DNA of 64,000 nucleotides from positions 43,896,001-43,960,000 of the forward strand of contig CM126230.1 in assembly GCA_052327205.1 (NCBI GenBank). Direction: 5' to 3'. Both the position numbers and the translations under genes were made by a program. Under the pieces are notes generated by a model. The model ran no database searches. It had not been told where the DNA came from and saw only the letters and a program-made list of their open reading frames with translations. This document shows, piece after piece, positions 1 to 11,498 of the stretch. Every line of letters begins with the position of its first letter. Position 1 is the first letter of the stretch. This stretch comes from Somniosus microcephalus. Lineage: Eukaryota.

Positions 1-39
1 ATCTAATCTCATTAATTTTCCTACTTTTCCCCGTTTTTG

Positions 40-600
40 CAGGTAGGCCTCGAAGCCTGGGCGTCTGTTGCCAGCCATGCTGGACCCTAGGCAATTGTTT
101 TGTGACAAGCTCCTCCCACCCCTCAACCCCACCCCCCCGCTGGGCCCCATTCCGAACCAGCGGCCAGCCATCTTGGTAAAGGCTGGCTGGGCTCACTGCA
201 AGCTCCTCGCGCTTCATTCACTGCACGGCGCACGCGCACCTCCACACAGAGCGCGGCCAGAGGGAAGCGAGCAGGTTAGCGGGGGGGGCGGGGCTCGGGA
301 GGGGAGGGGGAGCGGGAACGGAGAGGGTTACCCCGGCAACAGGGCTCGCCAGCCGCAATCGGCCATCTCAAGCCGCTCAGGCCTGGTCCCGGAGATCGGC
401 AGGCGGAGAGGGGAGGAGGGTTACCAAGGCAACCGGGCCCGGCCAGCCGCAATCGGCCGTCTCAAGCCGCCTCAGGCCCGGCCTCGGGAGGGCGGGGCTC
501 GGGCTGACCGGGGCACTGCGCTCAGCATATCAGTGCGTGGGGCGGCACGGAGCTCAGCGGAGCCATCGCCGGCAGAGGGGAGAGGGTCTGCTGGCTCCCC
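40..600. promoter_or_regulatory. CpG/GC-rich block with two RFX X-box-like motifs, GC boxes, YY1-like and NRF1-like motifs
   Basis: GTTACCCCGGCAAC (327-340), GTTACCAAGGCAAC (420-433), GCCATCTT (~167), GCGCACGCGCA (~228), GGGGCGGGG; high CpG versus the rest of the window. Confidence 0.4.
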
Positions 601-1772
601 CCTCCCCTCCCCCTCCCCCCTCATCTACCTCCCCTCCCCCTCCCCATCTCCCTCCTCCCCCCTCCCTTCCTCCCCCCGCTCCCTCCTCCCCCTCCCTCCC
701 CCCTCCCTTCCTCCCCCCCGCTCCCCCTCCCCTCCCCTTTCCCCCCCTTCCCCCCAGTTGCTCTCTCTCTTCCCCCAGTCGCTCTCACTCTTCCCCCCAG
801 TCGCTCTCTCTTTTCCCCCCAGTCGCTCTCTCTTTTCCCCCCAGTCGCTCTCTCTTTTCCCCCCAGTCGCTCTCACTCTTCCCCCCAGTCGCTCTCTCTC
901 TTCCCCCCCAGTCGCTCTCTCTCTTCCCCCCAGTTGCGCTCTCTCTTCCCCCCCATCGCTCTCTCTCTTCCCCCCAGTCGCTCTCTCTCTTCCCCCCCAG
1001 TCGCTCTCTCTCTTCCCCCCCAGTCGCTCTCTCTCTTCCCCCCAGTCGCTCTCTCTCTTCCCCCCCAGTCGCTCTCTCTCTTCCCCCCCAGTCGCTCTCT
1101 CTCTTCCCCCCAGTCGCTCTCTCTCTTCCCCCCAGTCGCTCTCTCTCTTCCCCCCCAGTCGCTCTCTCTCTTCCCCCCCAGTCGCTCTCTCTCTTCCCCC
1201 CCAGTCGCTCTCTCTCTTCCCCCCCAGTCGCTCTCTCTCTTCCCCCCCCAGTCGCTCTCTCTCTTCCCCCCCAGTCGCTCTCTCTCTTCCCCCCTAATCG
1301 CTCTCTCTCTTCCCCCCAGTCGCTCTCTCTCTTCCCCCCAGTCGCTCTCTCTCTTCCCCCCAGTCACGCTCTCTCTCTTCCCCCCCAGTCGCTCTCTCTC
1401 TTCCCCCCCAGTCGCGCTCTCTCTTCCCCCCCAGTCGCGCTCTCTCTTCCCCCCCAGTCGCGCTCTCTCTTCCCCCCCAGTCGCGCTCTCTCTTCCCCCC
1501 CAGTCGCGCTCTCTCTTCCCCCCCAGTCGCGCTCTCTCTTCCCCCCAGTCGCGCACTCTCTTCCCCCCAGTCGCGCAATCTCTTCCCCCCCCAGTCGCGC
1601 TCTCTCCCCCCCAGTCGCGCTCTCTCTTCCCCCCCCAATCGCGCTCTCTCTTCCCCCCCCCAGTCGCTCTCTCTCTTCCCCCCCAGTCGCGCTCTCTCTT
1701 CCCCCCAGTCACGCTCTCTCTTCCACCCAGTCGCTCTCTCTCTTCCCCCCAGTCGCTCTCTCTCTCTCTTCC
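594..1772. repeat. Polypyrimidine tract (594-765) followed by a ~22-23-bp minisatellite (C5-7 AGTCGCTCTCTCTCTT), roughly 40-45 copies
   Basis: Directly visible tandem array; explains all long low-complexity ORFs at 68-1850. Confidence 0.97.
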
Positions 1773-2707
1773 AACAACAACATGCCCTTGAAAAAGCCTC
1801 GGCACCGCCGGGCACTCCAGCTAGTATTATATAAATGTAAGTCTTTTTAACGAGCTCCTTGTTTCATGACATACAGTAAATGGAAAATCGCAATTAGTTC
1901 AGGCTAGATTTTGTTAGTAATGACAGCTCTATCTTTTCAATCCCAATTCTCTGCTCTTTTTCCATATCCCCATACTTCCCAAGTATCTCCCTTCTGAACA
2001 CCTCAATCAAAGTTGCCTCTATCGCTATTGGAAATAGTGGATCCACATCCTTGCAAACCTTAGTATGAACACATTTTTCTGGATTTATTTTCTTCAATAT
2101 TCTCTCATATTCTGGACTCCCCCACAAGAGGGAAGAGTAATTTCCTATCAACGCTGTCGATTCCATTCATTATTTTAAACATCTCAATCTGATCACATAT
2201 TCTCACAGCTGGTCAATGTGACCCAGTTATCCAGACTTTCAGTTCAGCCAATTGTCTTGATCCCATCCTGGTGAACTGTTGCAGAGTTCTCCAAGATACC
2301 CTTGCTAATTTGGGCATCAATTCCCATTTAGCACAGTGCAGGCTAAGCCCCAAATCAAAGCAGTAATTTACAAAGTCTGCTATAGTTGAACACAAGGCAG
2401 TTGGTTGAGAGGAGGAGCTTGGGTTATATTGCCGAGAGATGGGATCAAGGGATGTGATCTTATAGGCGCAGAAAATAATGAATGCAATTGACAGTTAATG
2501 TGGAATTAATCCGGATCAAAAAAAATGTATTCAGGAAGGGCACTTATTTTCATAAGGGATGTGGCAGTAGACTGGGTGTTAAATATTGCCCGTGGGGATA
2601 TTTACTGTTTTGGTAATTTTTAAAACATATTTGCTTACTTACACGTCGGACTAATATCCAATTGGTTTGTCCCATTCCTCCTATGATCCATATTCTGTGT
2701 TTTGCAG

Positions 2708-2855
2708 GGTCCCTGGAGAGATCTATATGATTGAGCAAGGTATCGATTACAGCACCTGGGGCTTCTGGCAAAATGAAGTTGCACTTCTTTGTATAATGAC
2801 AATATTCTTGTTCCTGGCATTCATACAACTTGCAAGAATTAACAAGTGGAAGTAG
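2708..2855 (+). CDS. ABCG2: Last coding exon of an ABCG2-like half transporter (final TM helix): VPGEIYMIEQGIDYSTWGFWQNEVALLCIMTIFLFLAFIQLARINKWK*
   Basis: Pyrimidine tract plus tttgcag| acceptor; GExYxxxQGID-xxWG-W-N-VAL is the ABCG2 C-terminal motif; may be a paralog rather than the mammalian ortholog. Confidence 0.88.
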
Positions 2856-3363
2856 AACATTGTTAATTTTGTGTGACGAGTACTTGGTTGTATACTTGGT
2901 GTTCTTTGAACTCTCTCTACTCTGGAACATGCATTACCAGCAGCTCCAACTTAGCAATTGAAAAGTAACTCAGAGGTCAATGATAGTACAGTCCCCACCG
3001 CTTGTAGCAAGCGCATTCCTGTGAAGATGATTTGCCCGCTATACATGATGGCCGGCATAAAGTGGTAGTGCTAAAGAACAATAATGTTATCACCACTCAG
3101 TATCCGGAACTCCACTGAGCCACGACCTGAACGAACCTCCCAGCTCCTGGACCTGAACTCCGCAGTGCCAAACGCTCCCCGGCCGCAGCCATGAGAGCCC
3201 GTCATTCAGAAACAAGCCATTGCCAGGTAGAGCATCTCCGCAAGATCCAGAGAGGGAACAAAATCTCAACTCCTTCACCCAACAACCATTGAAACAACCT
3301 AAACACCTAATTAGGGCACTAAATTACAGCTGCTGGGATTATTGTGCATGAAGTGTTATTTTT

Positions 3364-3376
3364 ATTAAATATTAAA
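3364..3376 (+). terminator. Candidate ABCG2-like poly(A) signals (two ATTAAA)
   Basis: ATTAAA at 3364 and 3371 followed by U/GU-rich sequence, ~500 nt after the stop. Confidence 0.4.
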
Positions 3377-3954
3377 AACATGCATCAGTTTTTCATGTGT
3401 ACTTAACTCATTATTACGTGTAAGGACAGTTGTTTCTGCCTGAATTAAATGGAACATTTAAGACAACTTTTAATTTGATGTTAATGCAAATGGCTAATGA
3501 TTACCGAATTTTGGCCAATATAAGCGGCTGCCAGGTTTAAATGTGGACGTTTTAAGGGGGTGGGGGCTGTACATGGCCTGAATTTGATGGGAATGCCCAG
3601 ACTGAATCAGCAGTGTAACTACAGCAATCTTAAACCTACGTTGCAGCAGTCTCGCACTGCCTTGGCTTCACACTGCATTAAGTCTACCCTAAACCACTAC
3701 AAGACAAGTTTAAAAGAAAAACTTCCAATGTTAAACAGCTAACTTATCTCATTAGCTCTTTCCTAACATTAACAATTTTACCAGCAGTTGGGTAGCTGTG
3801 GAGGAATCCTGCAAATATCTACACAGCCGTTTCCTTTTCCAGGGACCATGGTATAACTTGCACTGCTCTAAAGCAGGTACTAGCACTTGCTGTATAAGGG
3901 AGGCATTATACAAAAACTGTTTGGGAACACAAAGGAATTGATGGGGTTTTTATA

Positions 3955-4310
3955 TTCATTCTCGGGATATCGATGACACGAGCAAGACCACCTTTCTCGC
4001 CCATCCCCAGCTGCCCGGAAGGGGTGGTGATGGGCCTTTATCCTGTGATGACTTTTACAAGTCAGTGGCTTAACTGGGTCACTTCAGGGGACATTAAAAA
4101 TCAATTTAATGATATCAGAGTCACATGTAGGGCATACTTGGTCAAGTGGCAGATCCTTTCCCTCAAGGACATCAGTGAACTAGTTGGGTTTTTATAACAA
4201 TCAGGCAACCTTCACTGCCAGTTTCTGATGCCAGTCCACAAACGGCCAGATTTATTAAATTCAACTTTGTAATTTGCCATGGTGAGATTTGATGATCTGA
4301 CCCCTGGGTT
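3955..4310 (-). mobile_element. SINE with CR1-derived tail (related partial copy ~60395-60625)
   Basis: Shares the GCCCATCCC.AGCTGCC end with the CR1-clade LINE and a GAGTCACAT..AG...GGCAG.T..TTCC core with ~60580. Confidence 0.55.
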
Positions 4311-4789
4311 GTTCATACGACATCATATTTTTTGTTGTTCAGATATCAAGTTAGTAATTTGTGACACACACACAAAGTGAACCAGCTGAGGGGGAGGAGC
4401 AAGCAGCAGCAACACACCAGGAGTACAGTTTCATTACTTTTGAATTGACGTCAGTATTGTAATAAACTCGTGTATTTGAGAATATTTCACAGAAATTCAT
4501 CCCATTATAGATAACAGAATACTAAGCTGACATGGAAACATTTATCGTGCAGAGTAATACCACTGCTCCAAGAAATGTATAACATTTCGTATGGCGGCTG
4601 CCCATCTGACACAACGAAAGCTGTCTCCATCTCACCATTACAAAAGCAAGATACTGCAGATGCTGGAAATACTCAGCAGGTCAGGCAGCACCTGTGGTGA
4701 GAGAAACAGAGTTAACGTTTCAGGTTGGTGACCTCTTCCATTCATTTCAACTTCAACTTCAGAAGAACTTTATGAATTTTTTTAAAATT

Positions 4790-5150
4790 TTGTTTATGGG
4801 ATCAGGGCGTCGCTGGTAAGGCCAGCATTTATTGCCCATCCCTAGCTGCCCTTGAGAAGGTGGTGGTGAGCCGACTTCTTGAACCGCTGCAGTCCGGGTG
4901 GTGATGGTACTCCCACAGTGCTGTTAGGGAGGAAGTTCCAGGATTTTGACCCAGCGATGATGAAGGATTGGCGATATACTTCTAAGTCAGGATGGTGTGT
5001 GACTTGGAGGGGAACTTGCATGTGGTGGTGTTCCCATGCGCCTGCTGCCCTTGTCCTTCTAGGTGGAAGAGGTCACAGGTTTGGGAGGTGCTGCAGTGCA
5101 TCTTGTAGATGGCACACACTGCAGCCACGGTACGCCGGGGGTGGAGGGAG
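4790..5150 (-). mobile_element. 3' fragment of the same CR1-clade family
   Basis: RRTVAAVCAIYKMHCS; GGCCAGCATTTATTGCCCATCCCTAG end shared with ~47010 and ~60420. Confidence 0.85.
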
Positions 5151-5209
5151 CCAAGGCTTCTTTGGCAGCTGAAATACTCAGTTGAAGGCAAACAGCAGGT
5201 TCAACATGA

Positions 5210-6142
5210 TACCCCTTGGTGACATCATCTGAAAACACAGCGTCAGTTTCCACATGTACGCTGACCACACCCAGCTCTACCTCACCACCACTTTTCTCGA
5301 CCCCTCCACGGTCTCTAAATTGTCAGACAGCTTTTGTCCGACCTCCAGTACTAGATGAGCAGAAATTTTCTCCAATTAAATATTGGGAAGACCGAAGCCA
5401 TTGTTTGTTTTCGGTCCCCGCTACAAACTCCGTTCCCTAGCCCCTGACTCCATCCCTCTCCCCAGCATCTGTCTGAGGCTGAACCACACTGTTTGCAACC
5501 TTGGTGTCATATTTGACCCCGAAATGAGCTTCCGACCACATATCCGCAGCATAACTAAGACCGCCTATTTCCACCTCTGTAACATCGCCCACCTCAACTC
5601 ATCTGCTGCTGAAACCCTCATCCATGCTGTTACCTCTAGACTTGACTATTCCAATGCACCCCTGGCTGGCCTCCTACATTCTACCCTACGTAAACTTGAG
5701 GTCATCCAAAACTCGGCTGCCCATGTCCTAACTTGCACCAAGTCCCGTTCACCCATCTCCCCTGTGCTCGCTGATCTACATTGGCTCTCAGTTAAGCAAT
5801 GCCGTGATTTCAAAATTCTTATCCTTGTTTTCAAATCCCTACATGGCCTCGCTCCTCCCTATCTCTAATCTCCTCCAGCTCCACATCACTGATTTTAATC
5901 GCTCCACCATTGACGGCTGTGCCTTCAGTTGCCTAGGCCCTCAGCTCTAGAATCCCCTTCCTAAACCTCTCCACCTCTCTTTCCTCCTTTAAAACCTACC
6001 TCTTTGACCAAGCTTTTGGTCATCTGCCCTAATTTCTCCTCTTGTGGCTCTGTGTTGAATGTTGTTTGATAATCACTCCCGTGAAGCTCCTTGGGACATT
6101 TTACAACGTTAAAGGCGCTATATGAATACAAGTTGTTGTTGT
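5210..6142 (+). mobile_element. L2-type LINE 3' fragment
   Basis: ORF 5383..5868 (NLGVIFDPEMSF, TSRLDYSNA, VLADLHWL, HGLAPPYL); AAGTTGTTGTTG tail. Confidence 0.9.
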
Positions 6143-6355
6143 TCTGACGAAAGGCCACCAATATGTAATGTTAAATGTTTCTCTCTCCACAGTAGCTGCC
6201 TGGCCTACTGAATAATTCCAGCATTTTCTGTTTTTATTCCTTCTCATCAATTGTTTTAAATTGGGAAACTTGGGTAAAGAACAGATGCCCACAATAAATG
6301 ACAGCTAAGCTGAGGAGAGTAGGAGTCACTAGAAAATAAATGAACAAGCACCAGC

Positions 6356-6582
6356 TAGATGGATGTGAATTTTTGGAAATCTCTGCGCCAGAGGGCTGTG
6401 GATGCGGAGTCTTTGAGTATACTCAAGGCTGAGATGGATTGATTTTTGGACTCTAGGGGAATTAAGGGATATGGAGATCGGGCAGGAAAGTGGAGTTGAG
6501 GTCGATGATCAACCATGGTCTTGTTGGGTGGCGGAGCCGGCTCGAGGGGCCGTATGGCCTATTCCTGCTCTTCTGTCTTTAT
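6356..6582 (+). mobile_element. CR1 3' end fragment (similar short pieces at ~1880-2290 -, ~14820-15300 -, 25648-25735 -, 31577-31900 -, ~35980-36135 +, ~60630-60945 +)
   Basis: GGCTCGAGGGGCCG..TGGCCTA.TCCTGCTC CR1 3' UTR signature and WNSLP-type codons. Confidence 0.75.
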
Positions 6583-6780
6583 GACAGCAGCCTTGGTTTT
6601 TAAGTCTGTAGATTGTAAGATGAAGGGAGGAAAGAGGTTCCACAGGTTTAAGGCTTAAGAAGGAACGAGGGAGGAAAATTCAGTGAGACCTCAGTATCAA
6701 AAACTGGAGGCTGAAGGAGAAGGCTGCCATCACCAGGCACACTGCCTCTGTTTTGGTAAGTATGTAATATACTCAATCTA

Positions 6781-7152
6781 AGAACTTGCATTTCTGTAGC
6801 ACTTTTCACAACCTCGGGAAGTCCCAAAGCCGGTTGCAATCAATTAAGTACTTTTGAAGTGTAGACACTGTTGTAATGTAGGAAAACCCAGTAGCCAATT
6901 TGTGCACAGCAAGCTCCCACAAACAGCAATGAGATAATGGCCAGGTAATAGGCTTTGAGAGATGTTGGTTGGGGGATAAATATTGGGCAGGACACCAGGA
7001 AGAACTTCTCTGCTTTTCTTTGAAATAGTGCGTGGGATCTTTTACATCCACCTGAAAGGGCAGAAGGGGCCTCGGCTAAACTTCTCATCGCAAGACGGCT
7101 CTTCCGACAGTGCAGCACTCCCTCAGCACGGAACTGGGGTGTTGGCCTAGAT
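6781..7152 (-). mobile_element. DeuSINE copy
   Basis: Reverse-complement similarity to 59487-59912. Confidence 0.8.
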
Positions 7153-7814
7153 CTTTATCTACATTGAGAGAGAACCAGATAGAAACAAATCAACAGCTTC
7201 TCTCGTGTGTTCTGCTATAATAAAATGCATTTTTTTCAGTCCCTTGTATGAGGAAAGTGTGGGAGAAACACAGCGGAACAGTCAGCATCTGAAAGAGAAA
7301 GACCGATCGACATTTTCAGTGGGGCCCAGACTTCTAATACAGAGGTACATCTAAAACTTTAACCCAGCTTTCTTTCAGAAGGAAGCAGCAGTGCTGTGCA
7401 TTGGTATCATTTCCTGTTTTAACTTCTGATTTCAGCAGTCTGGAAACAAAATTCAGGAGAATGAAAACAGTCAGGAAAACTACAAGGCACCTACTTACAA
7501 TTAGAATTTTCAATTGAAAATCTACCACTCCTTACAACCAGCAAGCATCGTAGCCAGCCTTCTAATATGAGCAAGGCGATTGGCCTTCATTTTTCTTAGA
7601 GAAACCAATTGTAGAATGTGATCGCTAAAACACCCAAGACGACAAAATTTCGCTTATTCTGTCTGGAAAATGACCCAACGTGGTTAACGTGAAGCTCTGA
7701 ACTTTATGAAATTAAGCTTCATCAAGCCTGAGCAAGTCCCTTAGTCAGAAATCCACATTCTTACCAAGATAGCAATCATTCTTTAGAAGGTTTGAGCTGA
7801 CACTTGCACCTTGA

Positions 7815-7850
7815 GGCAGATGTTCTGGGACGGCAGATGTTCTGGGACGA
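7815..7850 (+). repeat. Short tandem duplication GGCAGATGTTCTGGGAC x2
   Basis: Directly visible. Confidence 0.9.
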
Positions 7851-8814
7851 CGTTAAGACCTTCCGACACTTGGCTGGGAGGGTCGGAGGAGTGTGCAATG
7901 CTTTGCTCAGTGTCGAGCTTACTGAACAAGAGTCGTAGTTAAAAGTGGAATGGACAAGGTGATTCTGATCAAAGGAAAGGCTGGAACCTTTTCTGTAGGA
8001 GAACAGCAGCGAGAGGCTGCTCTTTACACCAAGAACTAATGGAGCATTGCAGGCTGAAGCTGGGATACAGAGCAGGATGGGGGAAAGGAGGAGGAGGAGA
8101 GGCGAGGGGGAAAGATCACATGCTTTTCTGCAAGCTCGGAAATAAAAATGAAACCTTGTTGTAGTTGGAAAGCTCCTGAATAAAAGTAAAATTGGAGTCT
8201 CTATTTACAATAATTTAACCCGGCATAGAATTTAAAGCTATAATTTTAAGATGTAATAATCAAATATGAAATGTAGACTCAACTTTACTTCCCTTAGCCA
8301 CTAAAAGTAAAAGGTTAAATTTTGCCTGCATTAAAATGCAGGTGAGATCAGCATAAGATAAATGGTACATTTCAACAAACACTTAACTCACATCACTGAC
8401 AGATTCTATTTAGTTTATTACACAATATACATTCGTTTTCCTTTCACTAGTCAGGCCAGACGGAAGCTATTTTCTTTCCACTCAGAAACAGTAGTAAAGA
8501 CTGGTGAAGATCCTGGATATAAAGTAATCCATGCCTTGGGTTTTTACCCTTCCTGGGATAATGAGAGGTGCAGAAGATCTGCTTCTCAAATATTAACCAA
8601 CACATTTGATAGTGGAGATTAACGAGTAACCTTACATTTCCAAAATGCCTTTGTTCAGTCATCGGTCAGAATCCCACTCTCTTCTCCACTTCAGATATAC
8701 ATCCCCATCACTAGTGCTGCTCCTTTCCTTGGCCCCCAGTGCCAGAGTAGACTATGGGGCTGGACTAATCAAGCTCCAGTGTAAGTGAACATGGCGTGTT
8801 TCCTCCACTCGCAC

Positions 8815-9345
8815 TAATAGAGGAAGAGAGTACAAAAGCAAGGAAGTTCGGTTAAACCTTTATAAATCACCGCTTAGGCCTCAACTGGTGCAGTGTGTCC
8901 AGTTCTGGGCATCATATTTAGGAAGGATGTCAAGGCCTTGGAGAGGGTGCAGATTTGCCAGAATGATACCAGGGATGAGGGTTCAGAGATTAGAAAAGCT
9001 GGGATTGTTCTCCTTGGGGCAGAGAAGGTTAAGGGGAGATTTAATAAAGGCGTTCAAAATCATGAGTGCTTTTGATAGAGTAAATAAGGAGAAACTGTTT
9101 CCACTGGCTGGAGGGCCAGTAACCAGAGGACAAAGATTTAAAATAATTGGCAAAAGAACCAGAGGTGACATAAGGAGTAATGGTTTGCACAAGATGTCAT
9201 GATCGAGGGATGCACTGCCTGAAAGCAGATTCAACAGTAACGTTCAAATGGGATTTGGATAAATACTTGAAAAGGAAAACATTGGGGAAAGAGAGCCAGC
9301 AAAGGCACAATGGGCCAAATATTCTCCTTCAGTGCCGCGTGATTC
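8815..9345 (+). mobile_element. CR1 LINE 3' fragment
   Basis: CVQFW, RLEKLGLFSL..RRLRGDLI, TRG motifs in ORF 8888..9202. Confidence 0.85.
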
Positions 9346-9729
9346 TAATAATGCTAGAATAGTTGTATCATCCGAGAGGTCATTTATAGTAAAAGAACAA
9401 TGATGAGAGGAAGCAGCATAAGCAATAAAAAGAAATGTAGAAAGTCAGGAGGTCAGAAGGAGGTTGAAGATGGAGATACAGCAGAGGGGAAGGGAGGAGG
9501 AGGAGGAGGAGTGGTCTGGTCCGGACACTCGAGAGGCAGTATTGGATGGGTGCATAAGTTCATTCACAGTCGGCTTTTCCATTACTACCCATCTGTAGCC
9601 TAGCCTGCTTGAGCACGTATGTGTCAGAAGATAATTGAACCAAAATGCATAAGAATGTCCTACCCTCCCCACTGAAGAGGTCAGTGTGGTTGTGGGGAAA
9701 ACAATCACATTGTATCATCAATAGAAAAT

Positions 9730-10153
9730 AACTCCCATTTATACAGCACCTCTCAGGAGCTCAGGATGCTCCAAAGCATTTTACAGCCAATGTCGTACTT
9801 TTGAAGTGCAGTCACTGTTGTAATGTAGGGAAACAAGGCAACCAATTTGCGCATAGTCCCACAAACAGGAATGACAGCAGGTAGTTTGTGTGATGTTGGT
9901 TGAGGGATAAATGTTGATCAGAACACTGAAGTACTCCTCTACCTTCTTCCAAATAGTGCCATGGGATCTTTTAAATCCACCTAAGGGGGCAGACGGGGCC
10001 TCGGCTTAATGTTTCATCCAAAAGACAGCACCTCCGACAGTGCAGCACTCCCTCAGTATTGCACTGAAGGGACAGCTTAGATTTTGTGCTCAAGTCTCTG
10101 GAGTGGAACCTTCTGACTCAGAAGCAAGTGTTACTACTGAGCCATGGTTGGCA
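9730..10153 (-). mobile_element. DeuSINE copy
   Basis: Reverse-complement similarity to 59487-59912. Confidence 0.8.
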
Positions 10154-10950
10154 TCTTAAACACATCGTGGCTGCTTATTACACCTTTGGCTTTATTTGTT
10201 CCTCAGTGCCTTATTTATAAACAGATATGAAGTGCAGTTTATGAGGTCAAAGTTTCACGATAACCTGTTGCATTGGTATTTATTATTTTGATAGCCCAGT
10301 AAACATAGATTATTAATGTAGATAGTAAGTTGGTGAACTCTGTCACAGTTGTCTTACTTTCATTGTCCTAATGGTTGCTTCAATATCCAATTGCCTCCCA
10401 AGGGGGGAAAAGGGAGGCAGTTGTGCAAATACCTATCAATTAAACATCAGTTCAGGTGCTACGGTGGTTTTTCTGCTCAAGCACATTTTGGATTTTTTTT
10501 GTACATCTCTTCCCAACCTCCTGGATCCAAGACAGCACGGTTCAATTACTAGCTTTGCTAGAACTTCTTGCAGATCAGTTACTAGGAGGCACACTTGTGC
10601 CAAATCACTCCACCTAACACTTTGGAGTATTTTGATTGTAACTGTGACAGGCAGTTCTGGAACTATGACCCGTGACCCAAACATTGCGTGAGAGGAGCAC
10701 TGCAGTGTGTGACCCACATTTATGCTTTTTTTTAATAATATAATAAGAGAGAGTAAATTTATCTTAACTGGCTGTACAAATGATTTAACAATGCATATAA
10801 CTGATTATCAATGTTTCTTATAGGTAAAATCTGGTCTGATTACAAGCACTTGTTAATTTGTAACCATGGCTAGTTTTACCTCCCGAGCTCCGACATCACT
10901 TATAGCCCCTTTATCATTCGGGATCCCTCCTGTGGCCTTCCGAATATTCA

Positions 10951-11305
10951 AAGCTGACACTTCTGTGCAGTACTGAGGGAGCGTTGCATTCTGAGATGCT
11001 GTCTTTTAGAAGAGACGTTAAACTGAGGCCCCGTCTGCCTGTTCAAATAGGTGGAACACATCCCATGACACTATGCAAAGAACAGGGGAGTTCTCCCAGT
11101 GTCCTGGCTAACATTTATACCTCAACCAACACCAAGAACAAATTAACCAGTCATTTACCTTATGCCGTTTGTGGAACCTTGCTCTGCGCAAATTGGTTGC
11201 CGTGTTGCCCTGCCAAACAAAAGTGATGACACTAACAGTAATTCATCGGCAGTGAAGATCCTTTGGGCAGAACGAGGACACGAAAGGTGCTTTATAATTG
11301 CAAGA
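10951..11305 (+). mobile_element. DeuSINE copy, 5'-truncated and diverged
   Basis: GCAGTACTGAGGGAG..GAGACGTTAAAC.GAGGCCCCGTCTGCC core. Confidence 0.75.
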
Positions 11306-11492
11306 CTGTTCCTGACTCGTGCAGTTCACTAAATAAACCTCCGTCAGCTAGTGAAGGAACAAACTGTTTGTGAATTGAGACATTGGGAATTGTTGCAAAG
11401 GAAAAAAAAGACGTCAATTCTCGTCTTAAACCGTTTGTTCATCATCAGGGTCAGACCAACGACAGACCCAAATTATTAGCACATTTGAATAC

Positions 11493-11498
11493 TTTATT
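11493..11498 (-). terminator. Candidate USP54 polyadenylation signal (AATAAA), giving a ~2-kb 3' UTR
   Basis: tttatt on plus at the end of an AT-rich, TE-free stretch below the stop codon; other AATAAA candidates at ~12925 and ~12991. Confidence 0.55.

Noticed and set aside
68-1850. Long Pro/Ser/Leu-rich and Gly/Arg/Glu-rich ORFs (up to 437 aa) on both strands
   Set aside because: By-products of a nearly stop-free minisatellite; open in several frames at once.
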